Assembly (NCBI GenBank): GCA_037310415.1
Contig: CP147780.1
Location: forward strand, 864,001-928,000
From: Candidatus Atabeyarchaeum deiterrae
Lineage (GTDB): Archaea > Asgardarchaeota > Atabeyarchaeia > Atabeyarchaeales > Atabeyarchaeaceae
DNA: 64,000 bases
Reading direction: 5' to 3'
The translations under genes and the position numbers were made by a program. The notes under the pieces are model-generated. The model did not search any database and was not told the DNA's origin. It saw only the letters and a program-made list of their open reading frames with translations. Positions within the stretch are counted from its first letter, which is position 1, and each line of letters begins with the position of its first letter. This document shows positions 9,754-19,519 of the stretch, in pieces.

Positions 9754-11178
9754 TTGTGCGCAGGCGGGTTTAGCCTGATTGAGAAGTTCTTTTCACCAAG
9801 AAGCATAGCCGTTGTCGGTGCGTCAAACAACCCAAACAGGTTTGGCTACAACGTGATGACGAATCTCATCGAAGCAGGCTTTGACGGGGATGTTTTTCCC
9901 GTGAGTCTGAAAGAAAGCATAGTATTTGACAGGGTAGCATACAAGAGCATACTAGACGTACCTGGAGCTGTAGATCTGGCTATCATGATCATACCAGCAA
10001 CCACAGTTCCCAGCGCTGTTGAGGAGTGCGGCAAAAAGGGAATCAAGGCAATTAGCATACTTTCTGGCGGTTTCAGTGAGGTCGGAAGAGAGGGAACTGA
10101 ACTCGAAGAGGAAGTCACGAATACTGCTAAACGATGCGGAATAAGAGTAGTCGGTCCCAACTGCGTCGGAACAATGAACACCCGCAAGAATCTAAACGCC
10201 TCCTTTGTAATGCGATCCATCAAAGGAAACATGGGACTCATCACTCAAAGTGGTGCACTTGGTGCATCATGTGCATATGTATCTAAGAGAGAAATGCTCG
10301 GCTTCAGCAAATTTGTCAACTTAGGCAATGCTTCTGACGTATCCGTCCCCGAAATCATACGATACTATACGCAGGATCCTGAAACCCGCGTGATCGGAAT
10401 ATACTTGGAAGGAGTAAAAGACGGTCGAAAATTCTTGGACGCTATCGGCGAAGCCACACCCATAAAGCCAATAGTGATTGTTAAAGCGGGCCGAACCGAA
10501 CAAGGTGCAAGAGCAGCATCGTCGCACACGGGATCACTTGCAGGATCAGACAAGATCTACAAAGCAATATTCAAGCAAAAAGGAGTAACGAGAGTCGGCT
10601 CATTATTCGAGTTAATCGACGTGGCCAAAGCTTTTACCAAACAACCCCTACCAAAAGGAAAACGCGTAGGAATAATAACCAACGCAGGCGGCGCGGGGGT
10701 ACTCGCTACAGATGCGTCCTCAGATTACGGCTTAACCATCTCATCATTAACACAGGAAACTGTAAAGTCCCTTAGAGCATTCCTGCCAGACGTTGCCATC
10801 CTCAACAATCCGGTCGACATCATTGCAAGCGCCAACAAAGATTGCTACCGCAAAACTACGGAAACTGTGGCTTCTGACGTGAATACTGATGCGTTGATTG
10901 TCAACTGTGTTGTTCCAACTTTCTTGGGCATGAAGCCTAGTGAGCATGCTGAAGGTGTTGTGGAAGCTTATAATAATTCAGTCAAAAGGCAGGGCAAGCT
11001 CCTCGTTTGTTGCTGGATGGCAGGGGAGCTAGCTGACCCCGGAAGAGAGATCCTTGAAAACGTAGGTATACCGGCGTACTCCTCTCCAGAAAGAGCAGCC
11101 CTAGCGGTCTCATGCTTGGCGAATTACAATGAATTCGCAACTAGGATCAAGAAACAGAGGAAAGAAAGAGATGGTTAG
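9754..11178 (+). CDS. acdA: ADP-forming acyl-CoA (acetate-CoA) ligase alpha subunit (start uncertain)
   Basis: PRSIAVVGAS, VVGPNCVG, QSGALG, ASSHTGSLAGS phospho-His loop, TNAGGAG, NPVD. Confidence 0.9.
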   Translation: MCAGGFSLIEKFFSPRSIAVVGASNNPNRFGYNVMTNLIEAGFDGDVFPVSLKESIVFDRVAYKSILDVPGAVDLAIMIIPATTVPSAVEECGKKGIKAISILSGGFSEVGREGTELEEEVTNTAKRCGIRVVGPNCVGTMNTRKNLNASFVMRSIKGNMGLITQSGALGASCAYVSKREMLGFSKFVNLGNASDVSVPEIIRYYTQDPETRVIGIYLEGVKDGRKFLDAIGEATPIKPIVIVKAGRTEQGARAASSHTGSLAGSDKIYKAIFKQKGVTRVGSLFELIDVAKAFTKQPLPKGKRVGIITNAGGAGVLATDASSDYGLTISSLTQETVKSLRAFLPDVAILNNPVDIIASANKDCYRKTTETVASDVNTDALIVNCVVPTFLGMKPSEHAEGVVEAYNNSVKRQGKLLVCCWMAGELADPGREILENVGIPAYSSPERAALAVSCLANYNEFATRIKKQRKERDG

Positions 11179-12208
11179 AGATCATTTGCCAGTCTTCAGA
11201 GAAGGAGATTTTCTCGAAACCCGCGACAACTTGATTTTCGACGTAAAAGGACTTCTTCACCCGCATGATAGAGTAATCGCTTTTCTCAGGTACTACCCCT
11301 CCGAAGACGGCGAAAGGATAAGAGAAGGGGTAAGATATCGAAAGGTATACTCTCTAGATGAAAGATTCAGTGTTCTCAAAGACAAGTTTCCTTCATACGT
11401 TTACTTCGACAAGGTCTATGACTCAATAATGCAAGGCGTACCAGTGAACGATGTAGCACGCCTGTACCAACCAACTGAGAAACTGACAGAGATGTCAAGC
11501 AACCGCGCAACTCTAGACAAATTCGAAAGAGACTCATTGGAGTTCTGTGAAATCCTTTCTGGCTGTGCTTCTGTCAACATCAATAGACTGGGTTTGAGCG
11601 GCTCAATTCTAGTAGGTCTACACAACTTAAAATCAGACATTGACATAATTGTCTACGGTTCTGAGAGCTGTCTCGCAGTATATGGAGCGTTGAATAATCT
11701 TTACAGTAATGCAGACTCCTCAATAAGACCTTACAACGACGCAGAACTGAAAAAATTGTTCAGCTTCAGGTCAGCTGATACTGTTACTAGGTGGGAATCC
11801 TTCCTAAGAACTGAGAGAAGAAAGCGGCTTCAAGGAAAATTCAAAAACTACGAGTACTTCCTGCGGTTCATCAAAGACTGGAAGGAATTGAAGCTGAACT
11901 ATGGAGATCTAACCTACAGATCTCTCGGAAAGGTAACCATCAAAGCCGAAGTCGCCGACGATAGTGAAGCGCTCTTCACCCCATGTATCTACAAGATCAA
12001 GAATGCTGAAATAGTCGAGGAACAAGAAGCGAGAGAACTCATCATAGACGAAATTGCCTCTTTTCGAGGAAGATTTTGTGAAGTTGCTCGGAATGAAGAG
12101 CCCATAAGTGCTAGAGGAAAACTGGAACTTGTTATCGACAAGTCTGGCAACACTCATCATCGCGTTATCGTTGGCGGAGAGAAAGATGATTTTCTGACGC
12201 TATCATAG
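11171..12208 (+). CDS. Predicted archaeal nucleotidyltransferase (COG1665-like), copy 1
   Basis: FDVKGLLHPHDR..LRYYP, GLSGSILVG..SDIDIIVYG (GS..DxD NTase motif). Confidence 0.75.
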   Translation: MVRDHLPVFREGDFLETRDNLIFDVKGLLHPHDRVIAFLRYYPSEDGERIREGVRYRKVYSLDERFSVLKDKFPSYVYFDKVYDSIMQGVPVNDVARLYQPTEKLTEMSSNRATLDKFERDSLEFCEILSGCASVNINRLGLSGSILVGLHNLKSDIDIIVYGSESCLAVYGALNNLYSNADSSIRPYNDAELKKLFSFRSADTVTRWESFLRTERRKRLQGKFKNYEYFLRFIKDWKELKLNYGDLTYRSLGKVTIKAEVADDSEALFTPCIYKIKNAEIVEEQEARELIIDEIASFRGRFCEVARNEEPISARGKLELVIDKSGNTHHRVIVGGEKDDFLTLS

Positions 12209-12252
12209 TCAGGGTGAGAGACCTGACAATTCGAAAAGGAATGTGAAACCCA

Positions 12253-13329
12253 TTGAGAAAACCCAAAGATCGCGATTTCATAAGGACGACAGAAGACCTC
12301 TTATTTTGTGTTGTCGGTTGCCTCCATCCGCATGACAGATTGTTATCTTACCTCAAGTATATCCCAAGTGACAGCGGGATTTGGGCTTCAGGAGATCTGC
12401 ATTTTAAGAGAATGATACCATACTATTCTGCCAAGTCCGTTATCGACACTCACTCGTTTCTCAAGGAAGAATACCCCAAGTACCTGTTCTACAGCCGGGT
12501 GAACGACATAACTTTTCCAGCGGTTCCTCGCTCTGAGATCAAGGAATACTATGAGCCAGAAGTCAGGTTGAAAGAGTTAGTGGGAAGAAAAGGTGAACTT
12601 GATGAACTTCAGCGTAAGGCAGTGGAATTGGCTGAGTATCTCTCTAGTAGAAGTGGGGTTCCTCTTGATAGATTTGGGGTCACTGGCTCCATCCTGCTGG
12701 GGATTCACAATGTGTCAATCTCTGACGTTGACCTCACGATCTATGGACACGAGAATGCATTGCTTGTGAAACAGGCTCTAATTAGAGAATTCGAGAACAC
12801 TGAAAACCCATCAAGGTTAAGGCAACTCAACGAAAGTGAAGCAGAGGACTGGTGCACAAGGAAAACCAGACAATTCTCAATCGATTATGGATTTGCGGCG
12901 GCGATTTTGAGGAAGAAGTGGAATTTCGGATTCTATGAGGAAAAGTTCTTCTCTATTCATCCAATCAAACTTGACTCTGAGATAACTGAAATATACGGTG
13001 AAAAAGAATTTACGAGCAAAGGCACAGTGGAGATTATTGCAGACGTTGCTGATAGCACGGAGGCGCTATTCAACCCTGCGTCCTATAAAGTGAATGAAGT
13101 TCGGATACTAGAAGGGTTGAAGGTTAACGACATAGAAGAAGTAGTTTCCTTCGAAGGCTTCTTTTCTGACCTTGCTTCAAACAATGAATCGATCAGGGTG
13201 AAAGGGAATCTTGAAACTGTCACAGGCGTCAGAAGTGGGAAGAAGTACCACAGAGTAGTTGTCGGTTCGAAGAACGTCTCTTCCCCTGAGTATATAATCC
13301 CCATATCCCAACTAAAAGAAGAGATATAG
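12253..13329 (+). CDS. Predicted archaeal nucleotidyltransferase (COG1665-like), copy 2
   Basis: KDRDFI, HPHDR..LKYIP, GVTGSILLG..SDVDLTIYG; colinear with the preceding paralog. Confidence 0.75.
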   Translation: MRKPKDRDFIRTTEDLLFCVVGCLHPHDRLLSYLKYIPSDSGIWASGDLHFKRMIPYYSAKSVIDTHSFLKEEYPKYLFYSRVNDITFPAVPRSEIKEYYEPEVRLKELVGRKGELDELQRKAVELAEYLSSRSGVPLDRFGVTGSILLGIHNVSISDVDLTIYGHENALLVKQALIREFENTENPSRLRQLNESEAEDWCTRKTRQFSIDYGFAAAILRKKWNFGFYEEKFFSIHPIKLDSEITEIYGEKEFTSKGTVEIIADVADSTEALFNPASYKVNEVRILEGLKVNDIEEVVSFEGFFSDLASNNESIRVKGNLETVTGVRSGKKYHRVVVGSKNVSSPEYIIPISQLKEEI

Positions 13330-13338
13330 AATACATAA

Positions 13339-13378
13339 ATCACAGGATAAACTGGTTAATCCAGTCTATCTTGCTCAT
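13339..13378 (-). promoter_or_regulatory. Eukaryote-like SECIS element (distal) of vhuU
   Basis: AUGAG-CAA-GAUAGACUGG-AUUAA-CCAGUUUAUC-CUG-UGAU: UGA/GA core, 10-bp stem, AA in apical loop. Confidence 0.75.
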
Positions 13379-13412
13379 CCGCAAAGGGGTTCAAATGACC
13401 TTTGCAAAGGTT

Positions 13413-13458
13413 GTCCCCACCGGCCACCTTTTTTGAGGCTTTGCGCCGGCTGGTTCAT
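13413..13458 (-). promoter_or_regulatory. Eukaryote-like type-II SECIS element (proximal) overlapping the vhuU stop codon
   Basis: AUGAA-CCAGCCGGCGC-AAA-GCCU(CAAAAA)AGGU-GGCCGGUGG-GGAC; same architecture as the selD element. Confidence 0.75.
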
Positions 13459-13604
13459 CCGCTTCCAATCTGAACCTCTTTCTTGAGTATCTCCTTGTTG
13501 TTTTCGTCTAAGACAAGGAGATGTGCTGCACACGAAAGTCAACAGTCGTAGCAGCGGACGACCATCTCCAACAGGTTAAGCACTTTCTCATCTACATCGG
13601 GCAT
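13455..13604 (-). CDS. vhuU: Selenocysteine-containing small subunit of F420-non-reducing hydrogenase (49 aa; Sec UGA at 13539-13541)
   Basis: [49 protein letters not shown]; supplies the C-terminal Ni-ligand motif absent from the upstream large subunit; missed by the ORF track. Confidence 0.93.
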
Positions 13605-13632
13605 GTTTTTCTACCTCTTGTTTCTAGACAAA

Positions 13633-15000
13633 TTAGATTTTGATCATCGGCTTTGGTAACTTCAGCGTCTCATACACTTTGTCTTCAATTACCTGCTTGG
13701 CAATAATCTTCAGCGACTTCTCTATCGCCCCGACATTGTTATTAGTGGCAACTATGAGGTTTGCCTTGGTTATGATTCCTTCCTTGTTCGTCCAGTAGTT
13801 GTGGACTAGTAGTCCTCTTGGTGCTTCCACAACGCCAGCGCCGACCCCTTCCCGTGGCTCAACTGTTTCAAGTTTGTAGTCTTTGCTCACGATATCGGGA
13901 TCTTCAAGCAACTTCTTGGCTTTTCCTATGGCGTCGAGTAGCTCAATGACTCTCGCCCAGTGATAAGCAAATGTAGCATGGCACGGCCTTCCGACCTTGT
14001 CTCTGAACTGTTTCAGAGCTTCGTTTCCTCGGGGTGTTGCCATTCGGTCCGCTACATTTATTCTTGCCAATGGCCCGCCTCTCCACAATCCATTTGGGTA
14101 GCCAGCTGGTTTGTAGAATACATGTGTTGCGTAGCAGTGTGGAACAACCTGTTCCCCGACGACATCCATGTATTTCTGGGTCGGAGTGTCTGACTCGATC
14201 TTGCCTAATGGAGACACCACTCTGATGTTACCGTCATAGAAGTTGTGTTCCCCATTCTGGGTCAGTCCGACATAGTATGTCTCGAACACTCCAATTTTGG
14301 TTATGACATCCCAATAGTCTTCAACGATCTTCAACAAGAGTCCAGCAGTGAACTCACCAAGCTCCATGGCTCTATCCATTCTCTTGAGCCACTCATCTCT
14401 CTTCCCCTCAGTGAGTCCCTTGGTCATTCCTCCAGGAATTGCTGTGACTGGGTGAACAGACTTCCCTCCGATTTCCGCGCAAAGTTCTTGGCCGTGTTTC
14501 ATAAGTTCAATGGCCTTCTTGCCCGCGTCTGGCATTTTGTTGATTACAGTCACAACATTACGAACCTCTGGTGGCGCGAAGGGTCCCAAGAGAAAATCTG
14601 GGGCTGCAAGCACGTAGAGGTGGAGTGCGTGACTGCTAATCTGCTTTGCTAGCAAGAGCAGTTCTCTTAGCTTCTTCGCCGGTTCCGGCGGGTTAATATC
14701 CCAGGCGGCTTCAACCGCTTTCACAGATGCTAGGTGGTGTGGCTCAGGACAAATACCACAGATGCGAGGTGCTATTATACGCGCATCTTCAGCAAGCCTC
14801 CCTTCGAGGAACTTCTCGAAGAACCGAGCAGAAGTCACGTTGAATTGAACGTCAGAGACCTTACCTTTAGTAAGCTTGATTGTGATCGAACCATGCCCTT
14901 CCAGTCGAGTAACAGGATCGATCTTGATGATCTCGCTTTCTTTTTCGGCCTTCGTTGAGCTAACTTTCTCAGCTTTGATTGGGCTCGCTTTGCTTTTCAT
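13633..15000 (-). CDS. vhuA: Group 3c [NiFe(Se)] hydrogenase large subunit lacking C-terminal CxxC
   Basis: IDPVTRLEGH, RICGICPEPH, EAPRGLLVH, ANLIVATNNN; ends before the L2 motif. Confidence 0.92.
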   Translation of the reverse strand: MKSKASPIKAEKVSSTKAEKESEIIKIDPVTRLEGHGSITIKLTKGKVSDVQFNVTSARFFEKFLEGRLAEDARIIAPRICGICPEPHHLASVKAVEAAWDINPPEPAKKLRELLLLAKQISSHALHLYVLAAPDFLLGPFAPPEVRNVVTVINKMPDAGKKAIELMKHGQELCAEIGGKSVHPVTAIPGGMTKGLTEGKRDEWLKRMDRAMELGEFTAGLLLKIVEDYWDVITKIGVFETYYVGLTQNGEHNFYDGNIRVVSPLGKIESDTPTQKYMDVVGEQVVPHCYATHVFYKPAGYPNGLWRGGPLARINVADRMATPRGNEALKQFRDKVGRPCHATFAYHWARVIELLDAIGKAKKLLEDPDIVSKDYKLETVEPREGVGAGVVEAPRGLLVHNYWTNKEGIITKANLIVATNNNVGAIEKSLKIIAKQVIEDKVYETLKLPKPMIKI

Positions 15001-15908
15001 TTCTTCTTTACACTCCTAAGCTTAGATAGAGATGATGAGGCATACGTGAACTTGTACAGTTGTCCAGCAGGATCTTTGAATGAATCGAGCATTTTCTGTG
15101 GTTCCATATCTGCTATACCCCCAAAGGTTCCGATGAGTCTTGACCCTTGGTCAACCACGCCATCGGGAGGACCGCTGCATCCCTTGCACGGATGGTTAGC
15201 GGTTGGGCATTGAGCTCCACAGCCAGCCCTTGTTCCAGGACCCATGCAGATATAACCTTGATTCAAAAGGCATTTCTCCATGTCAGGTCTGCCTTCAAAA
15301 TCTCGTTTGAACTCCTTTACATTCTTCTCCTCTTTCTTCCTCTCACATTCGTCGCATATAGTCTTAATCGAGTGTTCAAGGGGCTTTCCAGTGAGGACAC
15401 ACAAGGCAGCATTCGCGATTTCCTCAGAGGTCGGTGGACAACCGGGGAGGCAAACGTCAACTTTGACTAATTGGTCGTTTCGCGGCACAAAATTGGTTAT
15501 CGGCGGCACGTTCTCAGAAGGAATCGTGTCTCTGTTTGAGAGTGTTTCAGCCTTCAAGTATTTCCTTTCTAGAAGTTCTCTCTTGGGGTAAAGATTAGCT
15601 ATGCTCGGTACTCCTCCAAAGCAAGAACATGAGCCCAATGCCACCAGAGCCTTAGCCTTTTCTCTGCATAATTTGAGAAGATGAACATCTTCTTCAGTTC
15701 GACACAGACCCTCAATGAACGCAGCGTCAATCGAACCTTTTGGCATTTTCTCAAGATGATCAAGTTTGAAATCTACAGCCGCAACCCAGTATTGGATGTC
15801 GATGAGGGGCAAGATGTCAAGCAATTTCTCGTGAAGGTCTAGGAGTGACTGATGACAGCCCCAGCAACTTGACAGTTGCATGAAGACAACTTTCTTCTTG
15901 TCGGCCAT
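14997..15908 (-). CDS. vhuG: F420-non-reducing hydrogenase small (Fe-S) subunit
   Basis: SSCWGC, GSCSCFGG, PGCPP, CDEC, CLLNQGYICMGPGTRAGC..CP..PCKGC. Confidence 0.92.
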   Translation of the reverse strand: MADKKKVVFMQLSSCWGCHQSLLDLHEKLLDILPLIDIQYWVAAVDFKLDHLEKMPKGSIDAAFIEGLCRTEEDVHLLKLCREKAKALVALGSCSCFGGVPSIANLYPKRELLERKYLKAETLSNRDTIPSENVPPITNFVPRNDQLVKVDVCLPGCPPTSEEIANAALCVLTGKPLEHSIKTICDECERKKEEKNVKEFKRDFEGRPDMEKCLLNQGYICMGPGTRAGCGAQCPTANHPCKGCSGPPDGVVDQGSRLIGTFGGIADMEPQKMLDSFKDPAGQLYKFTYASSSLSKLRSVKKK

Positions 15909-15910
15909 GT

Positions 15911-16396
15911 TTACTTCACTTCCACGCTATAAAGTTCCTTCTCGTCAAGGCCTTGTTTTCCTTTGCTATCCTTGAGAGGGTTCGGACCGATCTTTTTCAG
16001 AACCTTCACGTAATCCTTGATGACTTCTGCAAGCTTACTTCCCTCACTTGCTGATATCCATTCAAGACGAATACGCTGCGGCTCTAATCCCGCTTGCTCG
16101 ACGAGCTTCCTGAGAAGATGTATTCGCCGTTCTGTCTTGTAATTACCGTTGACATAGTGACAGTCGCCAGGGTGACAACCTGAGACAAGGACTCCGTCAG
16201 CACCCAACTCCAACCCTTTCATCACATACTCTGGGGCAAGGCGACTCGTACACATAACTCTGACAAGTCGCAGGTTAGGTGGGTATTGAATTCTGCTGGT
16301 TCCCGCCATATCGGCACCTGCATAAGTGCACCAGTTGCAGACAAGTCCAAGAATGTATGGCTCAAATTCGTCATTCTTCTCGTTGCTGTGACTCAT
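15911..16396 (-). CDS. mvhD: Hydrogenase/Hdr [2Fe-2S] delta subunit (Cys form)
   Basis: CNWCTYAGADMAG, RVMC, GCHPGDCHY, WISASEG. Confidence 0.93.
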   Translation of the reverse strand: MSHSNEKNDEFEPYILGLVCNWCTYAGADMAGTSRIQYPPNLRLVRVMCTSRLAPEYVMKGLELGADGVLVSGCHPGDCHYVNGNYKTERRIHLLRKLVEQAGLEPQRIRLEWISASEGSKLAEVIKDYVKVLKKIGPNPLKDSKGKQGLDEKELYSVEVK

Positions 16397-16420
16397 GAGA
16401 CAATTCCTCCCCTATTTGCT

Positions 16421-18370
16421 CTACCTCTCTGCCAGTAATGCTTCAATTTGGGCAAGGATCTGTGAATCTTTGAAGTGGTTCTGGGTTATCGAGCCACTCG
16501 GGCATGTAGCGACACAGCACCCGCATCCCTTGCACAACACATTGTTTATCTTCGCTTTTCCATCTTCAATTGATATTGCACCAAAGGGACACATTGCTAT
16601 GCATGACAAGCAGCCGCTGCACTTGTCAGTGTTGACGATGCTGTAGAATGGCTCTACCTCAACTTTACCTTTAGACATAAGTGATGCGGCACTTGATGCG
16701 GCTCCTTTTGCCTGCGCGACTGCATCAGGAATGTCTTTCGGTCCCTGTACAACTCCAGCTATAAAGACTCCATCAGTAAGAGTGTCAACTGGTCTGAGCT
16801 TCGGGTGAGCCTCAAGATAGAAACCATCGGTGCTACGTGATATCTTAAGTAGGTGTTGGACTTCCTCCACATCATTTCTTGGCACGAGACCCACACTGAG
16901 GACAACAAGGTCAGCTTCAACTTCAACTGGTCTTCCAAGCTCAGTGCTCTCTGCACGAACAAATAGGTTCTTAGTCTTGGGATCCTCCAAGACCTCAGCT
17001 GCTCTGCCTCGAATATAGTTGACGCCGTACTCCCTTTGAGCGCGCTCATAGAATTCTTCATAGCCTTTGCCGAACGCACGGACATCCATGTAGAGCACAT
17101 AGGTGGCTGTATCTGGATGATGTTCCTTAAGTTGTCTAGCATGTTTCATTGCGTACATGCAGCAAACGCGAGAACAGTACGCATTCTTTCTCACGTTTCT
17201 CGATCCGACGCATTGGATGAAAACTACTCGCTTAGGTACTTTCAAGTCGGAGGGTCTGACAACTTCGCCTCCTGTGGCTCCAAATGCACTAAGCATTCGT
17301 TCTACTTGCATACCGGTCACGACATTGTCAAATGTTCCGTATCCGTATTCTCCCGTAGGATCATAAGGGTCGTAGCCAGTCGCAGCTATGACTGTTCCAA
17401 CCTCAACCTCTTCTTCGGTTGGCTGCTGGTTGAAGTCAATAGCTTCGGGTTCGCACGCCTTAACGCAGAGTTTGCATTTCACACATTTATCCATGTCAAT
17501 AGTGTACTTGTTGGGTACGGCTTGAGGAAAAGCCATGTAGATAGCCTTCCTAGGCTTAAGTCCTAATTCAAATTCGTTGGGAACGTAAACGGGGCACACC
17601 TCTTCGCATTTGCCGCATCCATTACACTTGGATTCAATGACATATCTTGGCTTTTTCTCTATCTTCGCTTTGAAGTTTCCAACATACCCCTCTATGCTTT
17701 TGACTTCTGAATAGGCATGGAGTTTTATGTTTGGATGACGACCTACTTCAGTCATCTTAGGGGTGAGAATGCATGCTGAGCAGTCCATGGTTGGGAAAGT
17801 CTTATCGAGTTGGATCATTCGTCCGCCGATCGTGGTGTTCTTCTCAACTAGGTGAACTTCAAAACCCGCCTCTGCGAGATCCAAGGCAGCCGAGATCCCC
17901 GCTATTCCTCCGCCTATTATCAAGGAACTTCTCTTCACAGGGACTTCGATTACTTGTAGCGGTTCTATCTTTGAGGCTTTGGCTACAGCAGACCGTATGA
18001 GATCCTTTGCTATTTGAAGAGCTTTCTCAGGCTCGTGCATATGGCACCAAGTGTCGTGCTCCCTGATATTGGCTTGTTCAAATAGATAGGGATTAATGCC
18101 TGCACCTTTGATAGCATTTCTAAACGTCGGCTCATGCATCAGTGGGCTGCACGCTGCCACTACTACTCTATTCAGTTTCTGCTCCTTGACGTCATTTTTT
18201 ATCATTTCCTGACCAGGATCGCTACACATGAACCTGTAATCCTTAGCTAGCACAACATTGGGCAATTTCGAAGCATAATCTGCGAGCCCTTTGACGTCAA
18301 CAACGCCAGCGATATTCGTGCCACAGTGGCAAACATAAACTCCTATTCGAAGCTCTGATTCATCTGCCAT
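16421..18370 (-). CDS. hdrA: Heterodisulfide reductase subunit A (Cys form)
   Basis: RIGVYVCHCGTNIAG, AACSP, GGGIAG, LDKTFPTMDCSACIL, CVGSR, CSRVCC, EAHPKLRPVD. Confidence 0.96.
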   Translation of the reverse strand: MADESELRIGVYVCHCGTNIAGVVDVKGLADYASKLPNVVLAKDYRFMCSDPGQEMIKNDVKEQKLNRVVVAACSPLMHEPTFRNAIKGAGINPYLFEQANIREHDTWCHMHEPEKALQIAKDLIRSAVAKASKIEPLQVIEVPVKRSSLIIGGGIAGISAALDLAEAGFEVHLVEKNTTIGGRMIQLDKTFPTMDCSACILTPKMTEVGRHPNIKLHAYSEVKSIEGYVGNFKAKIEKKPRYVIESKCNGCGKCEEVCPVYVPNEFELGLKPRKAIYMAFPQAVPNKYTIDMDKCVKCKLCVKACEPEAIDFNQQPTEEEVEVGTVIAATGYDPYDPTGEYGYGTFDNVVTGMQVERMLSAFGATGGEVVRPSDLKVPKRVVFIQCVGSRNVRKNAYCSRVCCMYAMKHARQLKEHHPDTATYVLYMDVRAFGKGYEEFYERAQREYGVNYIRGRAAEVLEDPKTKNLFVRAESTELGRPVEVEADLVVLSVGLVPRNDVEEVQHLLKISRSTDGFYLEAHPKLRPVDTLTDGVFIAGVVQGPKDIPDAVAQAKGAASSAASLMSKGKVEVEPFYSIVNTDKCSGCLSCIAMCPFGAISIEDGKAKINNVLCKGCGCCVATCPSGSITQNHFKDSQILAQIEALLAER

Positions 18371-18622
18371 ACGTACTTACCTTCCAGACTTGTTGTAGTA
18401 AACAAATGAGCCGAGTGATATGATAACGTGTTCATGTTAACCGATATTAATCATTTATATATTTTCGTGCTTAACTTTGATGTTCAAGCAATCCATACAA
18501 TCAGCAGTTCTCGATTCTATCGTTCTGCAGCGTTATCCCTTGTTGTCTGTCTTTGATTGTCGCATAAATAGGTTTTGAAACAGACAACTAGTTTTACGTT
18601 TCATACAGACGAGAGAAACTTA

Positions 18623-19519
18623 TCACTCGTTGGGAAGTAGCAAGAACATTTTGTCAATTAGGTTCTTGGTCTTCACTTTATGTGTTCCCAGTCCTAGCTC
18701 GTCGGAATTCATCCCAAATGCTATTCCAAGCAATTCGGGTAGATATACAACAGGTAGGTTGGAATCTACCTTCTTAGAGCCGCGTAGTTCAATTTGACCG
18801 GTATCGTACTGTAAGAAGCAAGTTGGACAAATAGTGAGCAGGCAATCAGCACCGGAGCGTTTCGCTTTTTCAATTTTCTCGTAAGTGAGATCCAACGACT
18901 CATCTTTATTCATGCTTCTGACCGCTGCCCCGCAGCACAACATTTTTCTCATGTATGGTATGCTACGTGCACCAGTAGCTTCTACTAGATCGTCGAGGAT
19001 GTGTGGTTCTTCCGGGTCGTCAACTTTGAGAATCGAACTCGGTCTCAGAACATGGCAGCCGTAGTGTGTGGCAACGTTTATACCAGTTAGGCTAGTAACA
19101 ACGTTCTCCCTTATCTTCCTGACACCAACTTCCTTGTACAAGACTTCAATCAGGTGCTTGACATCGATACTTCCTTTGAAGCTTCTACCTATCTTCCCGA
19201 GTACGGCATTTACTCTTTCTTTCAGTTTTCCATTATTTTTCAAAGTCTCATTCGCGGTCTTGAGCGTTTCAAAGCAACCATTACATAAAGTGAGTATATT
19301 GCGACCCATATCCTCGGCTATCGATAAGTTTCTCGCTGCCAGGGATAACCATGTGGCATAATCAAGGGACTGGATTGCCTCAGGATCAGGGCAGCAGCTA
19401 GCTTCTTTCATGTCTATTAGCTTAACATCTAGCGCTTCCAGTACTCTTCTCGCTGCAGCCTCTAGATTTGGCAACCGGAGAGGAATCATGCAACCAAGGA
19501 ATAGCGCATATTCTGTCAT
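18623..19519 (-). CDS. hdrB: Heterodisulfide reductase subunit B
   Basis: FLGC, SCCP, LAARNL, CNGC, HYGCH, CCG, CPTCFLQYD (two CCG domains). Confidence 0.92.
   Translation of the reverse strand: MTEYALFLGCMIPLRLPNLEAAARRVLEALDVKLIDMKEASCCPDPEAIQSLDYATWLSLAARNLSIAEDMGRNILTLCNGCFETLKTANETLKNNGKLKERVNAVLGKIGRSFKGSIDVKHLIEVLYKEVGVRKIRENVVTSLTGINVATHYGCHVLRPSSILKVDDPEEPHILDDLVEATGARSIPYMRKMLCCGAAVRSMNKDESLDLTYEKIEKAKRSGADCLLTICPTCFLQYDTGQIELRGSKKVDSNLPVVYLPELLGIAFGMNSDELGLGTHKVKTKNLIDKMFLLLPNE

Noticed and set aside
13350-13457. Readthrough of the vhuU terminal UGA as a second Sec
   Set aside because: The UGA is within the SECIS core and the extension resembles nothing; VhuU length is already typical.
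18542-18588. GTTGTCTGT/ACAGACAAC inverted repeat downstream of hdrB as a SECIS
   Set aside because: No adjacent UGA/GA core geometry and hdrB has no in-frame UGA; may be a terminator or UTR hairpin.
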